The notes under the pieces are model-generated. The model saw only the letters and a program-made list of their open reading frames with translations. It did not search any database and was not told the origin of the DNA. A stretch of 64,000 nucleotides of DNA from Podospora anserina (taxonomy: Eukaryota). A program made the translations under genes and the position numbers. The stretch is from positions 1-64,000 of the forward strand of contig CM030336.1 of assembly GCA_017654855.1 (NCBI GenBank). Reading direction: 5' to 3'. Positions 26,750 through 40,175 of this stretch are shown in pieces. Every line of letters starts with the position of its first letter. Position 1 is the stretch's first letter.

Positions 26750-29700
26750 TTACTCTATTAACTTTAAATATCTCGTACAAAGTTCTTTCCACGCCCTAAC
26801 CCAAACCAATACTATTACAAAATACTTAACATCCAATACCTTTACCCATATAAATAACCGACGTACTACCGCCATTTCCTTATTTAATATAATTCTATAT
26901 TTCTAATAAAGTACTTTAATATTCTCCTCGAACTAACCTAACCCTCTTTTTTTAATTATAATTAACCCTATTATTAATTTTATTTTATACAAATAATCCT
27001 TTCTAAACTTATAAAACATACCTTTATCTTCCCTTAATAGCTTCTACCGTCCGTAAAACCTCTTAAGAACCCTACACTTATTATACCCCTAAAAACCCCC
27101 TTTTAACTTTCGTACGGTACTTATATTTAAACCCTTAACCCTTAAAAACTAATTACTTAATTCCAGGCTTTTTTTTTAAACCCGTTTATCCTTAAGTAAA
27201 CCCTTTAATATATATAGTTTTTTTAATTTACTAAGAAGTTTCGTTAATTATAAAGTATTTTATATAACCCCGTAGAATCTATAAGCCGGCGATTATTAAA
27301 ATTCGTACTATATATATTCCTTTCTAAACTCGGTACACTCTAAAAAGTAAACTATATAGTATACCCGTAATTATAAAAATATTTAAATCATAACCTCCAC
27401 GTCTCGTATAATATCCTTCTTCCTTTCCCGTTTTTTTATAATAACCTACTATTATTTTTCTTTATTAATAGCTATATCGAAAGCCCATTTATCTATAGCC
27501 TCTAAGGTTACCGTATAATAAAACCTATAACCCTCCTCCTTTACCCGGTAAAATTCCGTAAGAACTATATTAGAAAACCGCTCTTTATATAACCCACATA
27601 ACTCCTTACCCTCTTTATATTCGGCCCTATCTATCCGCCCGTCTAATACCCGGGAAAAAATAATCCTATAATATAAATTACTATTCCGTACGAAATACTT
27701 TATTTTTAATAATATTAAATCTATAGCTCCGGTAATTAACTTTCTAACCGTACGATTTTTTATAAAAAAAATTACCGATTCGGCCTTTACTCCATTTCTC
27801 CCGGCGTATCTATTTTCCTAAATAAAGTTCCTTAATATCCTTAAAAGCCCGGTATAGAAAATATATTATACGTTTAAAATATTAATACTAATACTTAAGG
27901 TAAACGTTATTATAATAATATTATCGCTTTTAATTTACCCTCGTATAATTTTACTTTTTTAAATATTATTATTTAAATTACTATAGTATACCGGATATTT
28001 AAATAAATATAAAATAACTTTCGTAAAATTGATTAAAAAGTAATAAATAATAACCTTTATATAAGGATTACGGTTACCGATAAACTTAATTTACTAGCTA
28101 AAGGTTTAAAGGACGGCTTTTTAATCCCTGTATTTAATTATAAAATATTTAATATTCGACCGGGATATAATAAACTATATAATAATTACCTTTTATAAAT
28201 TAAAATATAAATTCGTATAAAATCCTAATAAGTTCCGAGGTAGGAGGGTAGTTATTAGGAAAAGTAATTATATTCCGATTAAAGCTATATATTAGTCGAT
28301 TTACCGGAGGAGTAATCGAAATTCGTATAACGAATTTAAAATAGTATAATACTTATTAAAAATAACCCGGTTAAATTATTATTATATATTAAGCTTATTA
28401 ATAAACGTTTTAAACGTTTAAGTATTAAAGGCTTTTAGGATTATAAAAATAATTTAATTAATAAAAACCTTTTTAAAGCTCTAAATTATATAATTAATTC
28501 TTATTTCTTTATAACGCCGGACTATATTTTTTGTAGTATTATAAAAAGGGAAATAATAATAATAATTTTATCTTACGTATAATAGGCTAAAAATAAAAAA
28601 GTAATATTCTTTTTACTCCCTATTCTAATAATATAAAGGATTAGGTTAAACTTTTGTATAATAGAAAATTAATATTTCGCGCTAATTACTTTTAAAATTA
28701 ATATTAAGGTTATTAAGTATTTAATAGAAATAGCCTTTAATATTAAGGTTAACTAAATACCGGAATCGTTTTTATTATACGGTATAATATTAGTTTTAAA
28801 AAAGATTAATTTTAGTTTATTAAAAGGTTAAAGTATTATTCGAGCCGAAAGTAAATAATTAATATTATAATTAATTAAATTTTATAAACCGTTATTATTA
28901 TATGGTATACCCTAACCTTCCTTAATTAATATACTTAATATATACTACTCTAGTAACCCTTTCTAAGTAACCGGTTTAAGCCGTAATTATAAGATTAAAG
29001 CCCTTATTTTTATTATTTTCGTCGTAATTAAAATTAAACCTATTATAATTAATGGACGACGGTACGATTTTATTTTTTAATAAATTCTTTAAAATAAAAT
29101 AAGTAAGAAATTAATAAGTAATGCTTATAATAATATAATACTAGGGCTAAATATTAATTTTAAATCCGAGGTAACGCTCTATATATAATAAAAGGGCCCG
29201 GCTAATTTTATTAAACGATTATTAGTTTCCTAGATTACCGGAAAATATATTTAGGCCGATACCCCTAAACTCGATATCTTTAAATAGCTATATAAATTTA
29301 GAATCCTAGAAGAATAGTATAGGAGTAAAAGTTCCGTTAAACTAATATTATAAATTAAAGTAAAAGGGGTAAATAAGTTAGAGGTATCGTACGATATTTA
29401 TAGTTAATTCCCTTAAAAGATAGCGGTAAATAATTTTTAATTATTTAATATAGGTTATTCCTTTATAATACTATAATATAATTATAATTATATTATACTA
29501 AATAAATATATTTTTTAGCCCCTTAACCGGTATATTATAGAACCTTATACTTAAAAACTTTATTATACGAAATAGTAACTTTAATAATAAATAAATAATA
29601 ATAAAAAAGAGGGATCGGAGCTTATTTACCCGGTCTAGTTATAATTAAGCTTCGGTCGTATAATAAATATAATTATCGCCCTCTTTTTTTAATTAAAGTT

Positions 29701-31950
29701 AAGTAATGGAAGGATTTTCGGTAATTTATTATACAATTTAATTTTAAGGCCGCCGGAAATATATATTATTAAGATCGGAAAAAAAGTAATACCTAATTTT
29801 ATTCTAGCTTATATTATTCTTTAAATTATTTTAAGGGATTTCCGGAATAGAAACGTCCGATATTAATAAAAATGTTAGGTTCTAGATTATATAATTAATT
29901 TTATTAATTAAAATATATATTATTTCGGTTAGGGCGTTAATAATAATAGAAATATTTTAATATATAATCATAGTACCGTTAAACGTAAATCTACCTTCGG
30001 ATACTATAAAGCTATTAATAATTATGTTATATATATAAGCCTTTAAAACTTAGTTTATCGGTATAGGGTAATTACTTTAATAAACTCTAGTTATAAACGT
30101 CGAGATTTTAAAGCGGACAATATTAAAGAAATTAAATTATTTATTTACCTCTTTTAACTAAATAAATTCGTAAAGTAAATATCGTACGATAAAGGTTTTA
30201 TTAAAGGTAATAATAATAAAGAAGAGTAATATAAAATCGGACGGGGTATACTACCTTTTATTATTCTTTAGGGCTATAATAGTTAGGGCAGAGAGGAAGG
30301 TACTTTTATACGACGACCGTAGGAAAGAATAGTCTAAAAGTCTAATAAAAAATCGATAAATATTTAATCTAGTAATTTTCGTCCGGCTTTATTATTATTA
30401 TAATAAAACTTCTATACTACTTATATAATAGTCTTTAAACTTCTAATCTAATTAACGTTTAAATTGTACGGTAACCGATCCTATTAATCCTAACTCTATA
30501 TACGGTAAATATACTTAAAAAACTTTTTTTAAATAAAAAAATATTTTTATATTATATAAAGAATTAAGCGATTACTATTAAAAAACTTAAAAGGTTTTTA
30601 ATTAATCGTTTTTTTATTAACTTTAAATAAAACCGGGTAACCGACCTTATCGGATAACGACCTTACTATTATATCGACAGTAATCTAATTAATCCTCTCC
30701 TAGATTTTTTTAAAGAACCGTAAAGGTAACTAGATTTTTACCGTTTAACTATCCCTCGTTTAAATTAAAAAAGGTTATACGATATAAAGCTTATTAGTTT
30801 AATAATTTGAAGTAATATACTTAACTTATCCTTTCTAATTAAGGATTTAAAACTAATTATTTTTTATTTATTATAATAATTATTAATATTTATTAAAAAA
30901 TTAAATTAATTATATAATAAAATACTATAAATTACTTTTTTCGTTTTTAAGTTTATTATATAAAATTAGGATTTCCGGCTACCGGCTCGATTAATTATAC
31001 TTTAAAGTATCCGGTAATAAACCGGCTTTTAAAAAACTATTAATAATATATTTTAATTATTTAAAATCCTTAATATTATTAAACTATTTTAATATTTCCC
31101 CCTTTTATATTAAAATTAATTTAATCATACTTCGTACAGTAGTACTCCTATATTGCCCTCTTAATCCGTACGATATAAATATAAATATCGCACTTTAATT
31201 AATTAAAAAAAAGTTTCTTTAATTCTAAAATTAAATTAATTACCGTAGGAAAAAGTATAAAGTTTATTAAATCTTATTATTTTTAAAAGACCGTTAGTAA
31301 ATTATTATACTATCGTATAATATCCGGTTTATCTATAACTATAATATTTTTATAAAATATATAAAAGTAAGTAATTACTTTATTTATAAAAATAATTATT
31401 TTATATATCCTATTGGTTTGGGGTGCGGCTATAGGCCTGAGAGTATGAGTAAGGAAGCGGGGCTCTCAGAGGACTCAGGGGTTTAAGGGTCATGTATATA
31501 AGCGGTCTGCTTCGGACATTCTATTTTAGACAGGACATCGACTTTTATTCTTTTCTTCGTATTTTGTGCCTTGCACGCGTGCAGGCAATTCTGGCCCTCT
31601 AATTAGGCTAATCCGGTGCTTATTATGTGGCCTGCGAGCCCATAGTGTCTTTTCTTTGTCCTACGTGAAGTGCGGCCTGCGAGCGAGTCACTGTCACGCA
31701 GGTATGTTCATTCTGAGACCTGTTAAGGGTATATTTGTGGTGTTGTGGTTGTTTTGTGTGTTTTCTCACTATTTCACTATAAATAAAATTTAAAAGTAGG
31801 AGATATAAATAAAAGGTTTTATTTTAAAATAATATTAATAGTAATATAATAATTATATATAATATAAAATATTATTAAATTAAAGTTTATTATTAAATCT
31901 TTTTAGTAAAGGATACTCTATAGAAAGTAAAGTGGGTTACGTATAAGTAA
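26750..31950 (-). pseudogene. RIP-inactivated RecQ-family helicase gene, copy B, interrupted by a 363-bp insertion
   Basis: Aligns by eye with 3230-8000. The A*TGYLERVTRVVY relic at ~28940-28985 reverts to AQTGHSERVARVVY. Confidence 0.78.
31414..31776. mobile_element. Solo-LTR-like insertion (363 bp, TG...CA) with 4-bp TSD CTAT
   Basis: Absent at the equivalent site of copy A (TCCTATAAAT at ~7891). CTAT at 31410-31413 and 31777-31780. Near-identical to 36499-36859. Confidence 0.85.
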
Positions 31951-32690
31951 ATAAGGGTAATAGTATACGGTTACCGGGGTTTAAGTTCTGTACGATAGTT
32001 AGGGTATACTTAGGTACGAAGGTAATAGCGTACGGTTAGGTCTTCTAAAGTAAGCCTTTTTTTCCAAATCCTTTAATAAGCTAGTTATATAATAGAGCTT
32101 TATTATTCCTATTTAGGAATCTGGGTCCCGTACGGTAGTTAAGGCTCGCCTAGGCACGAAGGTAGTAGCGTATAGCTGCGAGGATCTAGGACTATTTTTT
32201 CTAACTACCTTAATTAGCTAGCTGTATAATAGAGCCTTATTATTTCGATCCAGGCGTCTGGGTCCCGTATAGTAGTTAAGGCTCGCTTAAGTACGAAGGT
32301 AGTAGCGTGCGGCTATGAGTATTTGCGTCCCGTATAGTAGTTAGGGCGCGCCTAAGCACGAAGGCAGTAGCGTGCGGCTGCGAGGATCTAGGACTATTTC
32401 TTCTAACTACCTTAACTAGCTAGCTGTATAATAGAGCGTTATTATTCCGATTAAAGCGTTTAAGTGCCGTATAATAGTTAGGGCATACCTCGGCAAGAAG
32501 GTAGTAGCGTATAATTACTAGTCCTGTATAATAGTTAGGGTATACCTCGGTAAAAAAGTAGTAGCGTATAGTTACCGGGGTCTAGTTTTTTTAAAGTAGG
32601 CCTTTTCTTTTAAATCCTTCGATAGGCTAGTTATATAATAGAGTTTTATTATTCCGATTAAAGCGTTTGGGTGCCGTACGGTAAGGTTTA
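31950..32690. repeat. GC-rich composite repeat of copy B (202-bp period)
   Basis: GGACTATTT anchors at ~32191 and ~32393. Homologous to 8070-9240. Confidence 0.8.
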
Positions 32691-34179
32691 ATTAAAAAAT
32701 ATAAATATTTAATTTCCGAACGGTTATATAATAAACTTATTATATAATAAAATAATATAAATATTATATAGTAAAATAATATAAATATTATATAATAAAT
32801 TAATATCAATATTATATAATAATAATTATACGGGGTTTATAAAGCTATCGTTTATAAGTATTATCGCCTAAAAAGTAATAAAATCTCGAAGTATAATAAT
32901 TAAGCGGTATATACAGCTTTAAAGTTTTTAGAGGTATAAATTTAATTCTAATTAAAGTCTTTTTTTAATAAACTTTTAATTGTATAAACTAATCGACTTT
33001 TAAATAAATATTTAAAATAACTCTCGTGATTATTACCCGTAATTCGCATGAGGTTATTGATACCAACTAGCCCTATATTGAGAGGCTAATAAATAGCTTT
33101 TATATTAATATTAATATATATTTTATTTATACGATAATACTTTTTTTAATAAATATATAGGAGATATAATAAGTAATTTCGGTTTTATTATCGGCCAATA
33201 TCGAATGCGTTTCCGGTAAAGTAAAGGAGATTAAAGTATAAACTCGTCCGAACTACTTAAATATAGTTTTAATTTAGAGCCGTAGTTTAGAAGCTACTTT
33301 TCTTTATACTACCTATACTAGTAAGCCTAATAGGGGGCCCTTTAAGGATTATCGTACGACGGATAAGTACTAGAGTAGTATTTATAATAACTATAAGTAG
33401 AGGGATTATAGGAATAAATATAGTTTTTATACCGTTAAATAAAGCAGTATTAAAGTTAAGGAGGAGAGTAAGGAAAATAAAGAAGTTACGGGAGTAATTA
33501 AAGAGCCTATAGTTATTAATAATTCCGACGATTAAATACGTTATATAATAATAAAAGTTTAATATATATTTTTTATTTTTATTTTTATTTTTATTTTTTA
33601 AAATTAATTATATAAATAACTTTTAATATCGGCTTTAATACTTCTTATATACTAATAACTTTAATAAAATAAATTTATAATATAATATTATAATTTATAT
33701 TATATTATATAGCGTAATAAAGTAATTTTAATAATATTTCTTTATTTAAAAAATACTTTATTAAATTATATTAAAATAATAAAGAAATATATAAAATAAT
33801 GATAATACTATAAAAATACTTTTAATAGGGTTTTAAATAAAGATATTTATATAATAATAGTTTACTTTTAGGTTAGGTTTTAAATAAAATAAGTACCGGA
33901 TTAAATTAATTAAAGGATTAAAATTATAAATATATCTTTTAAACTATTTAATTCTCCGAAAGCTTTATTTATTTATTAATATCTATAGGCCTATAACCGT
34001 ACCCTAAATTAATATAATATATTATTTTATAAATAAACTATATTTAATTATTTATATATATTATTAATATATTTTTATTTAATTTTATATTTATTATATA
34101 TTATTGTATATTAGTATATATTATAATATATTATTAAATATTATTTATATATTATTTATATTATAATATATTCTATATT

Positions 34180-35940
34180 CTTTTATATAACTCGTATAAG
34201 TAATTTTAATAATATTTTTATTTTTTATTTTAATAAAAGAAATTTTATCGGATCGTATAATATACTATTTTATTATTTAATCTTACGTTACTATCTATAT
34301 ACATTACTAATACACTTATATTTAACTTTATATCTACTATTTATAATTCTATACCGCTCGTACGATAATACACTTATTAATGTGTGGGTACTACTAAGTG
34401 CCCTACTTACTGCCCTACAGATTAATATTACAGTGGGCAGTACTGCTATAAGCAATAATGGAACTTCCCGGCTTGGATCCCTTTAGAATATTCTTTACAA
34501 GGGACCCTTAAAGGCTTACAGGGCTACTGTGGCCTAAGGCTTAGTCAATGGATACTAAAACCTTCCAAAGTGGCTACAGGCTTACGTAGTAAGTTGCCAC
34601 AATAGTGTGATTTACAGGGCACCTCTGCTGCCGAAAGTTCTATGGATTTCCGTAAGTCTACACTAGACCCACCTAAGCCTACCAAATACCCTAAAGTGGT
34701 ATAGGGGCTTCCAGGGCCTACAGGACCCACAGTAGGCCTACGAAGGCCTATATATAGACCTCTCCTCTCTCCTGTAGAATAGTTATCTTCTTTCTTTCCT
34801 TAAGGGCAAAAGCTTAAGGCTAAGGCCAAAGGCCAAGGCTAAAGGTAATAAAGGCAATTCTTATTCTTTATACCTCACTGTATTACAGTGCTTTACCTTC
34901 CTTCGGCACTGCCGTCGTATCCTCCCGCTTCCGCTTGCGCACTGCTGTATTTTACAGCAACCCTGTATAGGTTCTATATTATAGGCCTATCAGGGCTTAC
35001 TAGCTAATAACACTCTATACTATTCTATATAGCTTATATAAGTAATTTTAATAATATTTTTATTTTTTACTTTAATAAAAGAAATCCTATCGGATCGTAT
35101 AACTAACTTACTATTCTACTACTTAACTTAATTATACTTTTTACGTATATTACTAACCTACGTATACCTAACTTTACACCTAACTTTACATTTATTATTT
35201 ATAATTCTACACTACTCATACGACAGTACACCCTATACTATTCTATGCAGCTCGTTTAAACAATTCTAATAATATCTTTCTTTTTTATTTTAGTAAGGAA
35301 AATCTTATCGGATCGTATAACTAAATTCTTAACGGATCGTACTTACCCTACTATTTACGTATATTACTAATACACTTATATCTAACTTTATATTTATTAT
35401 TTATTATTCTATACCGCTCGTACGACAATACATCCTATACTATTTTATACAGCTCGTTTAAACGATTCCAATAATATACTCTTTTTTTATTTTAATTAAA
35501 AAAGTTTTATCGGATCGTATAAATAAATTCTTAACGGATCTTACTTACTATACTATTTACGTACATTATTAATATACTTATACCTAACTTTATATTTATT
35601 ATTTATTATTCTACACCGCTCGTACAATAATATATCCTATACTATTTTATACAGCTCGTTTAAACGATTTTAATAATATACTTTTTTTTTATTTTAGTAA
35701 AGAAAATTTTATCGGATCGTATAACTAAATTCTTAACGGATCGTACTTACTTTACTATTTACGTATATTACTAATATACTTATACTTAAGTTCACATTTA
35801 CTATTTATTATTCCACACCGCTCGTACGACAATACATCCTATACTATTTTATGCAGCTCGTTCAGACGATTCCAATAATGTCTTTCTTTTTTATTTTGGT
35901 AAGAAAGATCTTATCGGATCGTACAACTAAATTCTCAACG
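34180..35940. repeat. Subterminal 202-bp array of copy B, interrupted by a solo LTR
   Basis: ATCGGATCGT at 35307, 35509, 35711 and 35913 (202-bp steps), plus ~34247 and ~35089. Confidence 0.88.
34375..35009. mobile_element. Solo LTR (635 bp) with 5-bp TSD ACACT
   Basis: ACACT at 34370-34374 and 35010-35014. Ends TATT...AATA are consistent with RIP-converted TGTT...AACA. The array unit resumes in register afterwards. Confidence 0.75.
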
Positions 35941-36028
35941 GATCCTACCCCCTGTTTCTAAAGTGGGGCGTTTTTTTTGGTGCGTTTCTTAACGGATTGT
36001 ACTACAATCCATCGAAGAATAACTGATA

Positions 36029-36498
36029 CGCTTATAATTTCGTTAAACGTTAATTAAAACTTCGAATACATTTTACGTATAAATATAATTATTAAAGGGC
36101 TAAATATAAAAATCTAAAGATTATTAATAATTAATTTACTTTTATATAGAATATTAAAGTAAAGTATAATATTATAAATAATAATATTTATAACTTTAAT
36201 AAAATTAAGTTTATAATAAATATTATTATTATTATTATAATTATTATAATTTTTAATAGCCGTAGTAAAGTTAAATAAGTTTAATTTAATAATCGTAAGA
36301 AAGCTACGGTTATTTAAAACGTAAATATTTTAAAATAAATTATTTTATTATTTATTATTTTAATTAAATAATATTATTTTATTAATTAATATTAAAAATA
36401 TAGTTTTCCGGTTATTTAATATATTATAATAATTAATAATAATTAAATTATTAATAAAGAAAATATAAATTAAATTCGGTACTTCGATTTTTATATAG
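36029..36498 (+). mobile_element. Internal fragment of a RIP-degraded Fot1/pogo transposase
   Basis: Homologous to ~58096-58562 (shared AAATATAATTATTAAAGGGCTAAATATAA). Confidence 0.8.
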
Positions 36499-36859
36499 TG
36501 GTTTGGGGTGCGGCCACAGGCCTGAGAGTATGAGTGAGGAAGCGGGGCTCTCAGAGGACTCAGGGGTTCAGGGGTCATGTATATAAGCGGTCTGCTTCGG
36601 ACATTCTATTTTAGACAAGACATCGACTTTTATTTTTCTTCGTATTTTGTGCCTTGCACGCGTGCAGGCAATTCTGGCCCTCTGATCAGGCCAATCCGGT
36701 GCTTATTATGTGGCCTGCGAGCCCATAGTGTCTTTTCTTTGTCCTACATGAAGTGCGGCCTGCGAGCGAGCCACTGTCACGCAGGTGTGTTCATTCTGAG
36801 ACCTGTTGAGGGTATATTTGTGGTGTTGTGGTTGTTTTGTTTGTTTTCTCACCATTTCA
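36499..36859. mobile_element. Solo-LTR-like element at the AT/GC boundary, without a matching TSD
   Basis: Near-identical to 31414-31776. Flanks ATAG and CTAG differ. Confidence 0.82.
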
Positions 36860-37123
36860 CTAGTATCCCCTTCAGAGGTTCTGGATAGGGGTTTGTGACA
36901 ATATTACATGAAAACTAGTCGCTTTCTTTTCCATTCCTCTATCTCTCTATGCTTAGGTTACTCTATTGTATCGTCAGGACGCAGCTTTGTAATATTCGAA
37001 CGCCGCGGAGCTAAGCCGGCCGCCGCGGCGCTTGTCTCCACAGCATTCCGTCATAAATATGCGCGCAGAGATGCTAGACATTTACTTCCTTCATCAAACC
37101 TTCCATCTCAAATTCCCAACATA

Positions 37124-38047
37124 ATGGCGCCTACTTACTTAATCGTTGGTGCGACTGGCAACACCGGCCAAAGTGTTGTGGAAACCTTGTCCAAGCTTTC
37201 AACATGCGCTGTCATCGCCTTGACACGATCGCTGCACAGTCCGGTCGCAAAACATCTCGCGACTCTCCCAAATGTCCAAGTCCTCGAAAAGAACTGGATG
37301 GACATCACGGCACAGTGGCTACGTGAGCACGAGATAGAAAGGGCCTTTGTCGCAACTCCTAGCCAGCCAAGTCAGTTTGCCGAAGAAACCACATTCCACG
37401 TTGCCGCTCTCAAAGCCGGCGTCAAATACGTAGTGCGCATTTCAACAACGGCAGCCAACGTCAGACCTGACTGCGAAGCCTATTATCCGCGCATCCATTG
37501 GGCAATCGAGGCTTTGCTTAGCACACCAGAGTTTAAGCCGCTGCAATGGACGTCTCTCCAGGCCAACAACTTCTCCAGTTTCTGGTTAGCTACCGCAGCC
37601 GAGTTCATCAAGCAATATCGCAAGACCGGTAAACAAGACACACTTCGGTTGGTGGCATCAGAGTATGCACCTGTTGGGACTGTCGACGCCAACGACGTGG
37701 GAGTTTTGGCGGCGCATCTGTTGTTGCAAGAGGACATCTCACCGCATAACAACGCCAAATATGTTGTTAATGGACCTGAGGACATTACGGGAAGACAGAT
37801 CGTTGAGTTGGTTGAGAGGTACATCGGCACCAGCGTGGACAACGTTATCTTCAAAGATATGTCGTTTCTTGATTATATGATTGGTGTGACTCAAGGGTCC
37901 CAAAGTGTTTTGATGTCTATGAAGCATGGCCCAGAGACAGCGTGGAATGGGGAGTGCACAGCGTCTGCCACAAGTGAGGCAGTTTTGAAGCTAGCTGCGC
38001 CTACTCGGACACCAGCCGACACTTTGAAGGCAATGCTGCAGGAATGA
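37124..38047 (+). CDS. NmrA-like / atypical SDR NAD(P)-binding protein
   Basis: Rossmann motif YLIVGATGNTG directly after the ATG at 37124 (preferred to the ORF-track start at 36908). Also DANDVG and VNGPEDITG, typical of NmrA family. Single exon, 307 aa. Confidence 0.85.
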   Translation: MAPTYLIVGATGNTGQSVVETLSKLSTCAVIALTRSLHSPVAKHLATLPNVQVLEKNWMDITAQWLREHEIERAFVATPSQPSQFAEETTFHVAALKAGVKYVVRISTTAANVRPDCEAYYPRIHWAIEALLSTPEFKPLQWTSLQANNFSSFWLATAAEFIKQYRKTGKQDTLRLVASEYAPVGTVDANDVGVLAAHLLLQEDISPHNNAKYVVNGPEDITGRQIVELVERYIGTSVDNVIFKDMSFLDYMIGVTQGSQSVLMSMKHGPETAWNGECTASATSEAVLKLAAPTRTPADTLKAMLQE

Positions 38048-38281
38048 TGCCGTGGATAGTTAGCTAGGCAGGATAGTGCGACATACTCCTAGCATTTACA
38101 AACCATACCATGGTTAAAGTTCCTCTCGACCTTTGAGTATCAAATTTCTATCTAATAGAACAAACTCCACTATGTCTTGTTGAAGAAAACCGCAGACAGT
38201 GATGCTACCTATCCAACTGATTGCTTTCAAATGACGTGAAATGTCAGCTTACCATAATTTCGTCCTGCGGACTTCGTGATT

Positions 38282-39597
38282 CTATGCCTGCCTGAGATGT
38301 GGATTCCCTGGAAGTGTTTGAAGCCCTGGCGGTATTAGTACAACCTGGAGAATTCTCATGACACGCATAAACTTACATTCACCGCCTCTTCCAACAATCT
38401 CCCCTTCAACCTGTGTTGGTTTCGCGCAAGCCACGCCTTCTGCAGGAGACTGGAACTCCAACGCATGACACCGATCGTTGACGCAATCATCCCCCAGCAC
38501 AGCATCCATCCCCCGCTGAAGAGCATCTCCCTTCCAGCCAAAGATATAGTCGCCGTGCTGTCCATACCCTATGCTATCAATTGACATATTAGGCAAGCTC
38601 ACACTTTCAAGACATTGGCCACTTACCCGTCACCAAAGCTGTACACAAACGGCTGCCTCTTCGCTGTCTCATCAAAATAAGCCGGGGCATTGAACTGTGA
38701 TGTATCCCACAGCATTTCATACATCAACTGTGGGATTCGCACCGGGTGTGTCTCTGGGCAGGCCTGGCCGGCCAGTTTCCCTCCTCCGACAGGGCTGTAT
38801 GCAACATGTGAACTGTGGTCGGGAGAATCCAAGTTTTTACCGTCCCAACAAGATGGGAATATCACAGAGCCCCTAATACCACCAGGGCACACTTTCGTCG
38901 GCAGCTCAGAGCTATCAGCAGAGTCGCACGGGGTGAATCCTGTCGTGTTGCCATTGCAGCGGTGGCAGATGCCGGGGAAGGTACGGTCTTTTGACGTGAT
39001 GTCTGGCGAGCCGGCGAGCATTCTGAAGCCCTGAGACACCGGTCAGGCTGGAAGATTTCAACCTCAAGATCTTGAAGGGGAAACTCACTGGGGGAAATGC
39101 TGTCACTTTTCCGTTACCAGATGTACTGCCAAAAACGGATGTCATGTAATAGACCGTGATCCCTCCTCCTACTGGATGACGGACTCCATCCATTCCCACA
39201 AAGTTTGGACGTTGAGGAACAAGCTTGAAAGAGCCATTTTCTGGAGAGCGAAAATAGAGAGAGGCAGTCCAGTAGTTGGAGAAGTCTTCAGAATACGTGC
39301 AAGTGGTGCAAGTGGATGCCCGAGAGGGTTCCATCTCGGAAGGATTCATCTGAACTTGTCAGCACCATGTGCTGCCATCAAAAGCAAGGGCCATCCTACT
39401 GTCACGTTGAATGAGTTTCCACCCACGATCTGGTGTGTATGTGGTGAAGGGCTCAAGCCGGGATTGACCAATGGATCCGTCCTCTCGATGACAAGCTGAG
39501 AGCACGCGAAGCGCAGGAGCTTGCCAACAATGACATTTTGAGAGGTGACAGTAACAACCTGAAGGAGTAGGCCCGCAAAAATGAATGTGAAAACCAT
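38282..39597 (-). CDS. Secreted DUF1996-family protein, 5 exons
   Basis: Signal peptide, then ERTDPLVNPG..HTHQIVGGNSF, CTTC...DFSNYWT, FPSCWDGKNLDSPDH, CPETHPVRIPQ and GYGQHGDYIFGW. GT-AG introns 39350-39399, 39031-39088, 38574-38626 and 38326-38376 restore the frame. Confidence 0.9.
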
Positions 39598-40175
39598 GAT
39601 TAGACGGGAATTGCTTGATCAGAAACTATCAGCAACAAGCATATTGGGACTGAACTGGGGGTCTGCCGGTTATAAGTAGACTGTGACAGGTTGCCGCTCA
39701 ATAAATGAAGACACCACCCTCCTCCAGCGTTTCAATGAGGGGCCAATTGGAACTTGGAAGCAATTAAGTTTCGGGGGATATATCCGAGAGGCTTTCGAAA
39801 CCCTCGGCATAGTAGAGCTGGAGTTGTGAGGAGAGAGCATACACAACTTACTTGATATACCTTACGTCCCAGTTGGCATACAATGTTTCCTGTCGACCCA
39901 AGCTGGAAGCTTAGCACACTCTCTTGGACAGGTCGGTCACCTGTCCGATTGGAACACCTTTCCCAGAAAATAAATTGTTTGTTTTCTCTCCGGAATACCT
40001 TGCTATTACAAAGTACTCTATACCTGGTAGGTATCGAGATATATGCATAAATGTCAAAAGTAGTGCACCCCTAAACCGGGATGGAACCACCGGCAGTCCT
40101 GGCAGCACCCTCTGATGCAGACAGAAAAAAACATAATCTTCATTTCGGAATGATAGTTAAAGGGGTCATATCCTA

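Larger units (their letters stand above)
26256..36028 (-). mobile_element. RecQ-helicase-carrying repeat element, copy B
   Basis: Colinear with copy A (26750 corresponds to 3230, 33550 to 10115). Same terminal ~95 bp with GGATTGTA-C-TACAATCC palindrome at 35994-36010. Confidence 0.75.

Noticed and set aside
1-36028. Helitron assignment for the hairpin-ended helicase element
   Set aside because: The helicase motifs are SF2 RecQ (DECH, QESGRAGR), not Pif1, and I could not find HUH Rep motifs.
36577-36888. 103-aa ORF and its twin at 31566-31793
   Set aside because: They lie within the solo-LTR-like repeat, have no recognisable domain, and differ in start and stop between copies.
36908-37123. 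N-terminal 72 codons of the 379-aa ORF
   Set aside because: The Rossmann motif begins right after the ATG at 37124, and a TATA-like CATAAATA lies at ~37052, so this is likely promoter/5' UTR.
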